A stretch of DNA of 64,000 bases from positions 558,001-622,000 of the forward strand of contig JAPETS010000011.1 of assembly GCA_026023565.1 (NCBI GenBank). Reading direction: 5' to 3'. Position numbers and translations under genes: made by a program. Below the pieces are notes generated by a model. It did no database searches, had not been told where the DNA came from, and saw nothing but the letters and a program-made list of their open reading frames with translations. Position 1 is the first letter of the stretch. The number at the start of each line of letters is the position of its first letter. Below, one piece after another: positions 24,889-37,832 of this stretch. This stretch comes from Cirrosporium novae-zelandiae (taxonomy: Eukaryota).

Positions 24889-25647
24889 TCCAAGGCTAGT
24901 CCCTCACGACCATTCTGGACGGTTTGATATTATAGCACCTGCATTAGTCACTTCGCTGCTCTTACCGCTTTAGATGCTTGCCTTTTGAAGCGGAATCAAG
25001 TCTTGAAAGTCTGAACGCGGAGATACCATGGCCTTTCGTATCGAAGCACATAGTTGATGCAAGGCGGTCCCACTAAAGATCATTGGCACTGCTCCCTCGG
25101 GCGTTAAACATTACTGTGTTCTATCCCAAATAATCCAACTCCATTACCTACCACCTGGTTTCTTGAAGATGGCTTCTGAGATCACGATGGACAAAGGTTC
25201 TCTACATCACCCTATGAGGCTCTGTCAGTCAGATACCTTCTATATTTCACACTGAAAGCCCGAAATGGTTCGATTTAAGGATATCAGCCGCCGTCATACC
25301 AAAGTCCTGTAAGTCTGAAGGGATCTGCTTTGTTCCTATAAATACTAATTAATATTATTTAACCAGCCGGGAAATAAAATTTATACTATCTTTCCCTCTT
25401 CCTATATTTTCAAATAAATATTTTGGTTCATCAGAGCTCGATCTTGCACATTCCAAATTATTTTCGTGACTGGTATAACGGAGCGAGAGATCACGTGTTG
25501 AGCGTTAACAGATAAGATGCCCCCACCATGCGACGCGAAAGTTTAGACTGGAAGGGTCCAGTGAATCTGGCGGGGCCAATTTTCTCCAACCTACCAGTTT
25601 GTTTTGTTCGCAATTCAGATCCCATTCAATTTCGACATTCAGGAGTC

Positions 25648-26219
25648 ATGTCTGGAGAAAGCCATAGTGTTGACGACGATCTCGAGAACCCAGGTCTCGC
25701 TATGTTGGGAAAAGTCGATTCACAGCTGATCGCAAATATCAAGGAACTTTTGCCAACACTACGGGTTAGCCAGCGCCGCTATCGACAAACTGAACTGGAG
25801 TGGAGTAAGGAATGTGATGATATCCAAAATTATTTCGATATTGTGAGTTAGAAAGATAGTTTTGAGAGCACAGCTAATTTGTTTGTTAGTACTTGAAGCC
25901 CAACTCTTCCGTGTTGAAGAACAAATCCTATCGTTACCGTCGGCTTGCCTATTATCATCAATTTCTGGGGCCCGTTGAGACCTTTACACCACATCAGTTG
26001 AGAGGGCAGCACACAGTGATGATCGTTATTAGACGGGGCCCTGGGTTTTCTCTGCTTTCTAGAAAAAAACATGAATCGGATGAAGGAAATGTGAAGGAGT
26101 CAGATACCATCGCTCTTCCCCAAGAAGAAGGCGCTGCAGTGCTTTTCAGATCGGATAGGCCTCGAAAAAATGATATTATTGAGGACGAAGGAATGATGTT
26201 TATAATATTGCAATACTGA
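25648..26219 (+). CDS. Hypothetical protein, 2 exons
   Basis: ATG 25648; an intron (gtgagt...ttag, ~25843-25889) links ORFs 25528-25851 and 25893-26219. Confidence 0.45.
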
Positions 26220-26337
26220 AATACCTATGAGGACAGACGAGCGCGATTATAACGTTCATAATATAATCGAGACCTTTCAAGTTGCTATATATTATTTATT
26301 TTTGAAAGGTCGTTTAATTAATTATTCTTGATCCTAT

Positions 26338-27933
26338 TTAATTCCAGAATTTCTTTAAGAACTCATCTTCTTTAGGCTCGCAAATTCCATCCCAATTCTG
26401 AGTCGCGTTTCCATTTCTATTCGCATTAGAACCAGCTGGGAAGGTCCAGTCCACAGAGTTCAGAGCCTCAGTCACATTTCCATTTCCATTCGCATTAGGA
26501 CCAGCTGGGAAGGTCCAGTCCACAGAGTTCAGGGCCTCAGTCACATCTCCATTTCCATTCGCATTAGGACCAGCTGAGAAGGTCCAGCCTACAGAGTTCA
26601 GGGCCTCAGTCACATCTCCATTATCTCCATTTCCATTCGCATTAGGACCAGCTGGGAAGGTCCAGTCCACAGAGTTCAGGGCCTCAGTCACATCTCCATT
26701 TCCATTCGCATTAGGACCAGCTGGGAAGGTCCAGTCCACAGAGTTCAGGGCCTCAGTCACTCTATTGTCCCCTGTCGGTGTAATATAGTTTGATGGGTAA
26801 GAAACATCGCAATTAAGCTGGATGGATAACGGAGGTTGAACAATCTCCAATCTATTTTGGGTTACAGAGGCCGTGGTTAAGTTAGAAGAGTCATAATCTT
26901 CACAAAAGGCTTGATCTATTTTTCCCGCATCAGTGATGCTGCATTATATCGATACAGATTTCCAACTCACCAGATCCCGATCGTTGATTTGATATTTCTT
27001 GAACTGTAGTGGCAAGACAAGATTCAGAACGAACGGTAGATACAGGAAACATGTCACTCGATTTCGGGTTAGGGCACTCGATACCAGCGGCAGAAGGCTT
27101 GTGTTGGAGAAAGTATTGGCAGGTAGATGTATCCTCCGCAAATTCTTGTACTTCGAGACGTCGTCGTTTCCTTTTGTGTTCGTCATCATTTTCTTCTTCA
27201 TTATCGTCTTCTTTGTCACTCTCGGAACTTACATGGTCAGTACTGACGACCAATTAGATAATTTCATACTCACCAGCTTGATGCTTTATCAAGAACTACA
27301 TTGCATGGGAAAGGTGACGGAGATATAGCTGTACTCCAATTGATATAAGTAAAAGAAATCTATGAGACCATCCTTCCGCAATAGAGGGAGAATCGGCTAG
27401 CACTTACTAGACGCTTGGTTGATGAATTTATCGAGTCTTGATATATAATTTCCACCATGGCTCTTTTCGTGCCGGATGAGATCGGTAGGTCTATTAAAGG
27501 CCTTATCACACTTAACACAATAAGTTTCATCAATGATTATTGCAAGAGTTTTATGTGTAGCTTCTTTTGACTGGCGGATATGTCGATTTAAATGGTCGTT
27601 TCGGGGGTAAGCTTTTTTGCAATCTATAACTGGGCACACACATTGCTTGGTAGGTCCAACCGGTGTCATATCCAGTAATTTATCGAGAAGTATCTTTTTG
27701 AGTTTTTCGTTCTCGGCTTTGAGGAATTCTATGGCCTGTGACATTGATGCAAAATCTTTCTTGCTTCTGTTGTAACCTTTCCTTTCCTTGGACGATTTGG
27801 AGCGACGACGGTTGTAATCAATTGTTCTACAGGATGAATCTGATTCTAAGTGACTATCCTCAGAACTTCGCTGTGAAGTCGTCTGGAACCGTCCCCCAAT
27901 GGGGAGTACAGCGGTAGGAGAAGTTATAGGCAT
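26338..27933 (-). CDS. C2H2 zinc-finger transcription factor with acidic tract, NLS and C-terminal 21-aa repeats (4 exons)
   Basis: Fingers CPVIDCKKAYPRNDHLNRH and CVKCDKAFNRPTDLIRHEKSH. In-frame splicing links them to SESDKEDDNEEE..KRKRRR and then to five VTEALNSVDWTFPAGPNANGNGD repeats (63-bp DNA unit). Confidence 0.7.
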
Positions 27934-28210
27934 ATTAAGGTCGTAAAAACAAGATTAAGAATAATTCCTAGGGAAACCCTTTGAATGATGAAAGGAGTTA
28001 TCTTAAAGCAAGAATTTCGCGAAACCCAATTGAACCTTCGGTGGTCTAATTAGGCGATAGCCGTATAAGCGAGCTACATGACCTTAACTATCCTCCGGTA
28101 CTTAGCTACTGTAGTTCAAGCTTTATAGAGAAGTTAGCAGCTATTAGAAAGTTAGTTAATCAAGAATCTCTCCGTTGATATTCTAGGAAAGCGAACAGCT
28201 ATATATGAAG

Positions 28211-28485
28211 CTAGGATCTGTTGCACTGCGGATTGCACAAGGGTCACTATATCGTCAGCGAATCAAGACCATAGTAGCGCCCTGCTTACTTTCCTTATTC
28301 GAGAGAAAGGTGAGATTTAGAATGAATCAACGAAGGAATTTTATATATTAGAAACAAAAACAGTTGTTATATTATCTAATACTGAATCTTGCGACGTTTG
28401 GTAGTTCCCGTTTTTCCAGATAATTGCTTTCTACTATGACTAACTGAGTGTGTCAATCTTTCGACTCTTTTCCAACAACTCTTTT
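28211..28485. repeat. ~275-bp direct repeat, copy 1 (orphan 3' end and downstream region of a chromo-like gene)
   Basis: Aligns with 39843-40123; most differences are transitions. Confidence 0.92.
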
Positions 28486-29473
28486 TATGGCCTGGCCTTA
28501 ATCCTTCTGACAATGTGTCAAGGATGAGGCTCTGATAGTGTAGGTAGCGGTACGGGTGCGATACTTGCGCGTAGAGTAATAGTATCTTAATAGTAGTAAC
28601 TCAGTATAATACAAGACTGAAAGTTGGGGTTGACTTAGTGTGATTAGTGGCGATCTAAAAGACCGCTAGTCTATATTTCAAGGGTGAACTGGCCAAAACA
28701 GCCAATTCTATTTAGATGTTCTCCAAGCGCTTTTCTCTGGATCCATGAACCAAGGACCACCTTCGGTTATATTCCCCGTGCTTGGCCAAACACTCTTGAT
28801 ATGTACACGCGAAATTTTACAAAGTTGCGGAGTCTTATCTCTGGCCTTTTAGCGTTTCAGGTTTCAGGATACAGTTTTACTAGATCTATTCTTCTTTAGC
28901 CCCACTCTTCCTGTATCCCCCTCTCATGAACACCTTGTTCTTTCTAAAGAATATTTTGGAATTGAAGAACTTATCTGATACATTATCACATAAATGAACA
29001 ACTCATGATCTTCATGAAACCCCTACCATGAATGGCTAGCCTCGACGACGTGGCTCCAGAAATTCGACCGAAGACTGAAAATATGGGTTGAGACCTAGCT
29101 TAACTGTCAGCCTGCAGTGTCATTCAAATCCTTTGGTCTTCCGCCTCCGCTAATTTGTACTCCACCGTGCCCTTGACCTCGTCATTCATCTTAGCTAAAT
29201 CATCCCAGTCCAAATGGAATATCACTTGTCTAAAGTCGGACGTATACTTCGTTGAGTAATGCCCTAGGCCTTTTTCTGCTATGATTTCGGTGCCTTCTGG
29301 GATAAGTTGCTCACAAAGAGTCCGGGCTGCCATCAATTATAAGGTATCTTTCTTTTGATTGTTCCCTCGCCAACTCGCATCTATTACTCTGCGCTAACCG
29401 CTCATAGATAACCACGCATCTCTAAACTGGCGCTAAATAGACCGTTCAACATCCACCGAGAGAAAAACTTGGG

Positions 29474-29644
29474 ACTATATCAAGCCCTATTGCAATCTAC
29501 CCCACGTCTGGTCACCCTAAGACCTAACCACAAAGTCTACTTGCATCACCTTGTAACTATATCAAGCCCTATTGCAACCTACCCCACGTCTGGTCACCCT
29601 AAGACCTAACCACAAAGTCTACTTGCATCACTTTGTAGCTATAT
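29474..29644. repeat. 82-bp tandem duplication
   Basis: actatatcaagccctattgcaa...cttgcatcac-ttgta occurs at 29474 and 29556. Confidence 0.92.
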
Positions 29645-29987
29645 GTAGAACTAGAATTACGGTGTCTTACGAAGTGTTCATGGTTTTGCATCCATAGAAA
29701 ATATTCGTAGTAAACAAGGGTTCCACTCCACATCAAATATAAAAGATGGTTCATCACATGAAGCGAATTACGTTAGAAAAGCTATTCAAACAACAGTGAA
29801 ACTATTAAAAAATCTCAATATTAAGCCTGTATTCCCTGCTCAACGGGAATATTTTTTCATCCATCGATTACTGGTAGGATGAAGCCTGACCTAGCATAGA
29901 TTTCCCTTAGGTTTCGTGTACTATGTGTGCTGATTTATAATATACTATAGACTTCAAAATCGTTAATCACTATCCGGCCAGTCCACT

Positions 29988-30371
29988 ATGTCCTACAACG
30001 TCTACCTTATGCGCTACGCTGGGATGCCTCGTGATCATCTTACTATTTTCGTAGAAACCAATGAAGATGGGTCTGAGACCGGGTACATATACCAGGTCAC
30101 GGGGGACATTCAGACAGGGATGACACATGGCCACAAGAAGTCTTATCAAAATCCGGAACAATCAGCGACATTTCTGGGCAAAGAATTGATTGGGAAAGTT
30201 TCTGTCGAGAAATATCCACGTGTCAAAGAGATTTGCGATAGTATTGTTCCACCAAAGAAGCAGTTTGAACGAAATACGCGTCTTTATCCTTCAGAGCCTC
30301 TCAGACGTTGCCAGGAGTGGACGCAAGAGGCTATCCAAGAATTAAAAACCGCAGAAGTCCTACAGCAGTAG
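29988..30371 (+). CDS. Conserved small fungal protein (DUF6540-like)
   Basis: YNVYL..Y.GMPRDH..IFVET...GYIYQVTGDIQTGM...PPKKQF....PLRRCQEWTQEAIQEL, with a His and a CQEW motif. Confidence 0.6.
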   Translation: MSYNVYLMRYAGMPRDHLTIFVETNEDGSETGYIYQVTGDIQTGMTHGHKKSYQNPEQSATFLGKELIGKVSVEKYPRVKEICDSIVPPKKQFERNTRLYPSEPLRRCQEWTQEAIQELKTAEVLQQ

Positions 30372-30577
30372 TGCTTGCGATATCCTGCACAACAAAGAAG
30401 CCGGTCGAGAATGAATGAGGAAGAGCTATGTCAGTGTTTACCGTGTTTGGTAATGCCAATCATTCCCGCCTCTGTGAAAGAGTCATTAGTGCTGGTTTTC
30501 CATATTTTTGTTTTATTTTTTGAAGGAAAGAAACCTTTGTGTTGGATCAGATTTCATTGATAGCAAAATGGGCTGTC

Positions 30578-31483
30578 TCATGTCCATAGATCAGTACGCA
30601 GTAGTTGCATCCAAGCGTATTCGTTGACGAATGGATCCAGAATCTTCTCAATCCACTGAGACCAATCATCACCCCACCGTCCACAACAATAGAGTGCGGT
30701 GCTATATTCCCAATAACTCGGATACCAGCCTGCATATTGCCAGTCAATTATAGTCACTATATAATCATGACCGTAGGTCTTGCGGCTGTTCGTAGAATCG
30801 AGTTCGAATCCGATTCGTTTTACCACTGGTGTAATGATGATGTTTTTTCGTTGGAGATCGCCATGAGTGAAGATTGAAGGGTGGTTCTGAAAAACAGAAG
30901 AGAAGACTGTCCGGTAGAAGTTTGCTTTGTTTACTGGTAAGTTTTCCAGGAGATATCTCTTGATTAAAGCTTCGTTCATTGCATTTTCAGTGTCAAAGGG
31001 ACCGCTAGTGGAAAGCGAAGTAGCCCTATTACCAGAGAAAAATAGTGGATCACGAAAGGATCGCTTGTGAAGGCTGCCGAAATATCCAGGAGACGGAAGA
31101 TTGCGTAGTTGATCCCAGATTGTTCTCAGTTTATTTGAGATGAGTTCCTTTTGTTTTCTGCTTAATGAATGCCATTCCACAGCAAGTGTGTTTCCCACGA
31201 TATTTTCCATCACGATATATTGCTTATCTGAAAGATAGTCCGAGTATATTGCATAAACTTGTGGAACAGGAATAGATGTTTCTCGATTGATGAAAAGCAT
31301 ATTTTCTCCTTCTATGAGATCAACACCCGGACCATATTTGACGATAAAATGCTGGTTGACTCGTACAATGCGGCGACCACCGTAGCCACTCAAAACTTCT
31401 GAGTTCTCAATCTCATCATGTGTTGGTAACGGTGCTGGGAGGGACTTGGTATCCGCAAAGTAAGGTAGTTGGATGGTATCCAT
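30578..31483 (-). CDS. Phosphotransferase (APH/choline kinase-like) family protein
   Basis: FIVKYG, EGENM, IPVPQVY, YIVME, FTHGDLQRKNII and IIDWQYAGWYPSYWE. Confidence 0.9.
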   Translation of the reverse strand: MDTIQLPYFADTKSLPAPLPTHDEIENSEVLSGYGGRRIVRVNQHFIVKYGPGVDLIEGENMLFINRETSIPVPQVYAIYSDYLSDKQYIVMENIVGNTLAVEWHSLSRKQKELISNKLRTIWDQLRNLPSPGYFGSLHKRSFRDPLFFSGNRATSLSTSGPFDTENAMNEALIKRYLLENLPVNKANFYRTVFSSVFQNHPSIFTHGDLQRKNIIITPVVKRIGFELDSTNSRKTYGHDYIVTIIDWQYAGWYPSYWEYSTALYCCGRWGDDWSQWIEKILDPFVNEYAWMQLLRTDLWT

Positions 31484-31726
31484 TGTAGGGGTTGATAATG
31501 CTGGCTATTGACACGCAACCAGATGAAATTATGAGGCTAAAGTCCGAACGAAGATTGTCGCGGCACGTTGTCTGAAAAATACGTAAATCCACTAAGGGTC
31601 TAAGACTTTCTATCCAGGTCACGTGCTTAGATTGGCCATTTTTGTTAAGGTTTAGAAATTAGGGTCAGTTATTGTGAAATAAAATTATGCTTTTATTAAA
31701 ACAGTATTTATGTAATTAATGCGGTA

Positions 31727-31938
31727 CTATCTCCTAAACTGGGCACAAAAGGACCACCTTAGTAGGGATGTTATGTAGGGATCATGATAAGTCAGATAAC
31801 TGTTTTCAGGCAGAATCAGGTATCAAGTTTTTTGCTGAATCATACTGAGCCTCAAGATCTTATCATTGGGCCAATTGACCCCTCTAGTTTGACCCCCCTG
31901 CTAAGGTGGTCCTTTTGTGCCCAGGTTAGGAGATCTAG
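31727..31938. mobile_element. ~212-bp Tc1/mariner-type MITE flanked by TA
   Basis: ~40-bp TIRs (tctcctaaactgggcacaaaaggaccaccttag / ctaaggtggtccttttgtgcccaggttaggaga). TA at 31725-31726 and 31939-31940. Confidence 0.85.
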
Positions 31939-32025
31939 TACAGCTAAAACCCTTTGATTACTTGCTACTAACCGCCGCATCGCTGCATGTATGCCTGATT
32001 CCAAATCTTTTACTACTCCTAGCTT

Positions 32026-32439
32026 ATGGCTGAGCGCTCCGCCAGCGAGGTCGCTACCGTCAAGGCTCTTCCTATCGAAAGTGGGCTTGATACATTTCGT
32101 AATACATTCACGTTGAGGTACATGACTTCCAATGACACCGACCTTACACAAGTTATCGATCAACGGCTGTGTGATAATACCAGCTCGGGTGAATAACATC
32201 TGCCTGGTTTATGGAGTAGCTAATGAAGTATAGATAAGAAAGATTTGGTCCTTGATCTTATTTTGGCTCTCCAGGGTCAACCAACCGCCCGAACCCTTCG
32301 TGGAAAAACAAGTCACGGACCTCTCAGTGGTGAAATAGCTTTACTATACGCTCAACTAGCTTCTAATCAAATAGAAATCCATACCAGTGCTTTCACGTGC
32401 GAGAAGTTGGGCAGCTTTCTCATTCGGCACTCCATGTGA
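32026..32439 (+). pseudogene. Truncated N-terminal fragment resembling FunK1-type fungal kinases
   Basis: MAERSASEVATVKALPIESGLDTFRNTF..., an intron, then KDLVLDLILALQGQPTARTL...LSGEIALLYAQL and a stop. No kinase domain follows. Confidence 0.45.
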
Positions 32440-33048
32440 AGATGGCCATTCACGTTCGGCCCGGATAATTGGATAGCTAAATCCTATATTTGAATGTGAA
32501 GTGATTTCTTCATTGGTTGGTTTGTTTTTTTTGAATTGTTGCACAACATCATGCTAGAACGAGTTGTTTCCCACTGTTTCACATTTGTTGGTTTCCATCT
32601 ATGGAAACGGATAGTAGCTAGATCAGCGGTCCGAAAACTAATATTGAGTTTTGATATGAGAGACTGCTTTCAAGATTATCTCATAAATGAACATGGGAAA
32701 TTTAGACATCTGTTGTAAATAATATTCTAGGCGGTTCACTTAGTAGTAGGCCGACCGTAGAGAGGCCGCATGCGTGCCGCATGTGTACCTCAGGCACCCA
32801 AACTAGGGCTAGGGCTAACTTACTAATAGCTTAGTAAAGACTAACTCCAGGCCGGCAATCCAACGTTACGGTAATTCAATAAATAGTCTAATTGTATTTC
32901 ACAAAAAAATATCTCAGTAAGTTTGCACTCCGATGTACGCCTGCAACGTTCCATAGAATGTTTTTGGTGCGTATCTAACGACTTTTTTACTCTTCTCTCG
33001 CATAAACCTACTATCCCATGTAGGTGATGTTGGCGTAGTTGGAAAAGG

Positions 33049-34145
33049 TTAATTTCCGTATTCCCATGAAAGCAAATCATCAATAAATTCATCGTCTCGA
33101 AGGGCTTGCGTTTTCCACAATGCCGGGTCGATCATCAGATCGGACACTATCTCATCCGTATGCGCACTCGTTCTTTCCAAGGGAGCATTGGCAAAAGTCC
33201 TCGAAGATCCTTGTGCCGGGAGATTTTTAAATGTCGTTGACATGAAGTTTTGGTCCTTTTGCAACTTCCCATTTCTTTTTTCAATTGACAAGTCTCCCCC
33301 CTCTAGTTTATCAATCTCAGAGAATTTGCGTTTCAGTGAACCTTCGGTCATAGTTTCCAGCATCCTTATATCATGGCTAGGACTGCTTTCATCTACATTT
33401 TTCATTAGAATGGAGTAGAATACTGAGTTAAGAACGTACCAGACAAAGATAAAGGCACACGCTCTTCGTTGTCGGAAATATCCACAACATTATGCTGAAT
33501 TTTTATCTCCAGCTGTTCATTTATTTGCTGGCGGAAGGATTTTTTTTCTGACTCTATCCTTTCACTACTACAGTTCTGATGTCGTACCCATCCGGACAAG
33601 GTTCGAGACCGGTAAGAACATTTGTCGCATTTCTTTTTATATTCTATATCTAGAAGTTCTTGTTATTTCTAACTAATGAATAGTAAACAGAATAGCTCAC
33701 GTGAATAATAATGACGCCGCAGGTTGAATATATGCATGAACAATTTAGTACAGTCGGGGTAAGGACATTTCAATTGTGATCTAGCATCTGTACGTCTATC
33801 GTCGTCATAGGTGGAAAGAACACTAAGTGGAGTCTGTTGGACAGGACGATAACGCGTTGTTGTGGCTATAGACTCTTTTTCATCATTCGTATTTTTGGAC
33901 AAATGGGATATCCTCGGTGGGTTTGACTGAGCGCAGCAACTATGGACCAACGTGTTCTCGTAATCTGATGTGCAGAGAGGAGAGCGCTGAGCATTACAGA
34001 GTATACACTCTAGCATTTTGCGAACATGGTCGAGATTAAATTGCGTATTCGTCTTTAAATGTTGACGGAGATTCTCAGGCGATGGATAACATTGGAAGCA
34101 ATACGGGCAAGGCCATTTTGTGTAGGGAATCCTTTTCTCAGACAT
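33049..34145 (-). CDS. Multi-exon C2H2 zinc-finger protein
   Basis: CPYCFQCYPSPENLRQHL, CPYPDCTKLFMHIFNLRRH and CDKC...WVRH. Successive ORFs are separated by GT-AG introns; the 3' end is uncertain. Confidence 0.6.
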
Positions 34146-34222
34146 CTTGCAATAACGATGGATGGAAAACAGCGGGGTACGAACGACTTTTATTATGTAT
34201 ACGGTATACCTAGGGCATCTAA

Positions 34223-35707
34223 TTAGAACGGCTTCGACCACCGACTTTTCGGTTCGCTATCAACCGGCAGAGCTCCTTTGTCCAATGATTCAGGCTCTAC
34301 GATCCTTCGTCTAAGCGCTCTACGGTAAATTCTATCATACCCTTGACTGACACTGTCGTCTGATGGCATGCCCAGCCAATTGCGCCATCGATGCCGTAGG
34401 CGGAATAATAATCGGGGTCTCCAAGTCTTTGCTTTCCTTTTCAATGGAAAAATGCGTTCCAATCCAGACTTTCTGCCTCTTGAAAGCATGTTTAAGTGAG
34501 GCCCCAGAAATGGAAGTCCAGGTTTCTCTTTCATTAATTCCCGGTAAGTCTCATCGGTTTTGAAATGATCCGCATATTGTACCCCCACTTTAGAATCATA
34601 CTTTGCCACGCCTTTTACGACCGCGGCCAACGTATACCAATTGCGTATATTGAATAAATGCTTTGACCTAATTGTCAGCTACAGCTGCATTTTAAGACAT
34701 AGAGGGGTTTGCATACCACGACAACCGGATTCAGAATATCCCAAAAGTAAGGGTATACTCGGCAACAGTCTGCAACTTCATTACTCAGATTATACCAGCG
34801 AGCACATAAGTCCCGGATTAATTCACTCTGTCTCATATGTTTCATGTCATTTTTGGTCAAATTTCCAAAAGCTGCCAGATCAGACTTCGTCAATCTAGAT
34901 GCGAGATCTATGGCTGAGCGACTCGAAACAACTTCAAAAATGAACTTCAATTCCGTGAAACAGCACACTTTTTCATCCCAGTCTTTGTTTGCGTCCAAGC
35001 TGTCACTGTCCAGATGTTCGAAACGCTCTTCTAATATAGGAAGGGAATATAATGTCCCCCTGAAATCTGTCTCAAACAACCTTCGGATTGGTGTTATCAT
35101 GTCCATCAAGCGGGCTTCGGTGACATTCAATGGATCGCTACTATTTAAGGCGCACCGTAGAGCTAGGAGAGTGAATGGACTAAAGGTTTTCTTTTGTGAA
35201 AAGACCTATCAATAGTTTAACAACCTGTGCTTAAAAAGGGGGGCAGTTAATAATTACTTTTTCAGCGTTTTGATATCTCTCTATATCTTCTGGATGTTTC
35301 CGTAGATGGGTGGATATATGTTGAGAGAGTTTTCCATACCAGTTGCAAAAGGCTATCGCTGAATAAACAGGTTCTCCGACTATTGCAGTGCACACCAAAT
35401 CTTGAAAAAGGACAGCTTTTAGGGAATCGGTACTCATTTGCTCCATAATATTGATCAACCCGTGAGTCTCTTTTATATATGGCTCATCAAAGCTGATATG
35501 GGGGAAATGAACTTGGATCTGTCCACGAGCAATATTCAGACCACTCTTCTCAGTATTGATATGATACAAACCAAATTCACGTATTAGTTGGATATCTTGG
35601 GGATTTTCGAGTTCCAAAATCTTTTTAATCTTTTCTTTCCACCAGTTAGCTTTCTTTGGATCTTCGAGCACAATACTAGATGGGAGAGGCGAAGCGCCGA
35701 CAGGCAT
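34223..35707 (-). CDS. Degenerate RasGEF (CDC25)-like domain protein, 3 exons
   Basis: ORFs 35231-35707, 34675-35130 and 34223-34630 are joinable. Motifs SAIDLASRLTKSDLAAF, RWYNLSNEV, IRNWYTLAAVVKGV and PGLPFLGPHL resemble RasGEF conserved regions. Confidence 0.55.
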
Positions 35708-35822
35708 TGTTCAAAAGAAATATCAGTTGGAAATTAATGAAACAGACAATTTTTAGCAATGAGTTCTCATATTTTGTGCCTAAAGGAGTTCAAAGGCGAC
35801 ATTGTACTTATCACTCCACCAT

Positions 35823-35915
35823 CTACTCCCACAACCTGCTCCCACAACCTGCTCCCACTACCTGCTCCCACTACCTGCTCCCACAACCTGCTCCCACTAC
35901 CTACTCCCACAATCT
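35823..35915. repeat. 13-bp tandem repeat x7
   Basis: ctgctcccac(a/t)ac units. Confidence 0.95.
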
Positions 35916-35939
35916 ATTCCGGCAAACAACCGCCATACC

Positions 35940-37236
35940 TTACTGCAGTGTACTTTGCTTCACTCTGTCGTTCCTTGACCGCTTTAAAAAATCGAGACAA
36001 AATTGGATGGCAAAATCCTTGTCCCAGTTGAAAGCAGCTCGCCGAACCAGTTGTCGCCATTGATGTCTGAGCCTTGTCCAAGCATGGTCAATATCACCGA
36101 ATCGATATTCTACCATACGCTGTTGGTATATGAAATTACGAAAATCCCAAAAACCTTCCCAAGCAAGCAAATTGATACTGCGGGTACAGACTTTTTTATA
36201 ATGAACCCGAGGGTTTTTGATTTTGGGTCCTAAAACATCGAAAGCACCTCGATTTGCTATGTAAGCCGCTTTGTTGAATGAAGGGGAGGTTTGCATTGAT
36301 AAATCGATAATATCCGTAGGCGAAAGAAATTCCGAAGCCTTCTGTAGAAAACGACCCAGCCGATTGTTATTTAATATACCATTGCGGAGATAAACTTCAT
36401 CATTATCATAAAGAAGCCAAGGAAGTGTTCTGTCCGTATTCGGGAAAAGATGTCGCAGTAAAAAATTATATAAAAAATCATACACCTCTAATCTATCAAG
36501 GCTGTCTGCGATTGAATAATCTTCAAGTTTCCATTTAAGCACCAAATCTTTCTGTTGTTCGTATTCCATATCGGTTTGGTAAACAGTCCTGCAAAAAAAC
36601 CAGCAGATCTCCATTATAAACCAACAGCATATTGTAGCTTTGTAAAAACGGGGTTTCTGGGTGGCGTTAAACGAAGTTCTTGTGTATATATGCTGAGAGA
36701 TATCCAACGGTTCATCCACGCATAAAGTGCGTTTAGGTATGCCGCCGAACGGTGGAGAAATACATTCCGAGAATTTTCTACCAACCAAAGGATCCGTATA
36801 AAGATTTTGTAATAAACGAAGTTTACGGCAACGATTAATGATCATTAAAATTTGTTCATCGGTGGGATTTTGATCGAAGTCACGTTTTAAAAGATTGTTG
36901 AGAATTTCCGGGTCTGTATATTCGTTTGGACGCCGGTACAATAAACCACTATACTTGATGGCAGTACAACGATTAATATTGATAATTTGGCATAGTTGAA
37001 TATCACGTTCATAGATAGTTGAATTTCGCTATATAAATTAATTAAATTATAAGATCGATTAAAATATTGTTACTAACGAGAATGGCCCTTGATATGTGTA
37101 GCAAGTGCTGCTGGTTTTGGATAATATCATGAAACAAATGGCAACATTGTGCTATGTAGCTGATGTCGTCGAAATCTGTAAACATACATAATATAGAAAT
37201 AAGCAACTCGATAGGAAGGTCAAAAATAGTAGCCAT
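35940..37236 (-). CDS. F-box-like protein
   Basis: N-terminal MATIFDLPIELLISILCMFTDFDDISYIAQCCHLFHDII fits an F-box. Probably spliced to ORF 35940-36941. Confidence 0.6.
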
Positions 37237-37363
37237 TATTAATAAGGTGTGAAGATAAAAATCAATCTAATGAAGATACGATACCTTTATAGTTTTTCTA
37301 CTCGACTGATTGTTAACTTGTTAACATGGAAGTGGACCCTAAAGGTGAGGCGAGGTGAGCCGA

Positions 37364-37564
37364 AGAGGTCTTCGTAGGGGAGAGGTCTTCGTAGGGAAGC
37401 TAAAGCCCTAGGGGAGAGGTGCTCGTAGGGGAGAGGTCTTCGTAGGGAAGCCAAAGCCCTAGGGGAGAGGTGCTCGTAGGGGAGAGGTCTTCGTAGGGAA
37501 GCCAAAGCCCTAGGGGAGAGGTGCTCGTAGGGGAGAGGTCTTCGTAGGGAAGCCAAAGCCCTAG
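37364..37564. repeat. Minisatellite, 51-bp higher-order unit built from ~17-bp subunits
   Basis: agaggtcttcgtagggaagccaaagccctaggggagaggtgctcgtagggg x ~4. Confidence 0.95.
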
Positions 37565-37832
37565 TGGATTGGAGAACTAAACGCCTAATAACCGCCGGAG
37601 ACTTGATGTTCTAGAAATAGCACGTACCTTTTGATGTTATAAATATTAGGTAGGTCGAGTTCGTTCCCCGGAAGCGCTTTAACCCATCAGCGTTTTAGCG
37701 CGAGCGCTTAACGAAACTAAAAATAAAATCGCTATTACCTCTAATTTTAGCTTATCCGTAAATTCATAACGCATTCCTGTTTTAATGAAGAGAGAGTGCG
37801 AGAAATTACTTTTGACATTATACAAAAGGGCA

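Noticed and set aside
37287..37556. ORF with LRRPLPYEHLSPRALAS repeats
   Set aside because: It is a translation of the 51-bp minisatellite with a non-ATG start and no other coding evidence.
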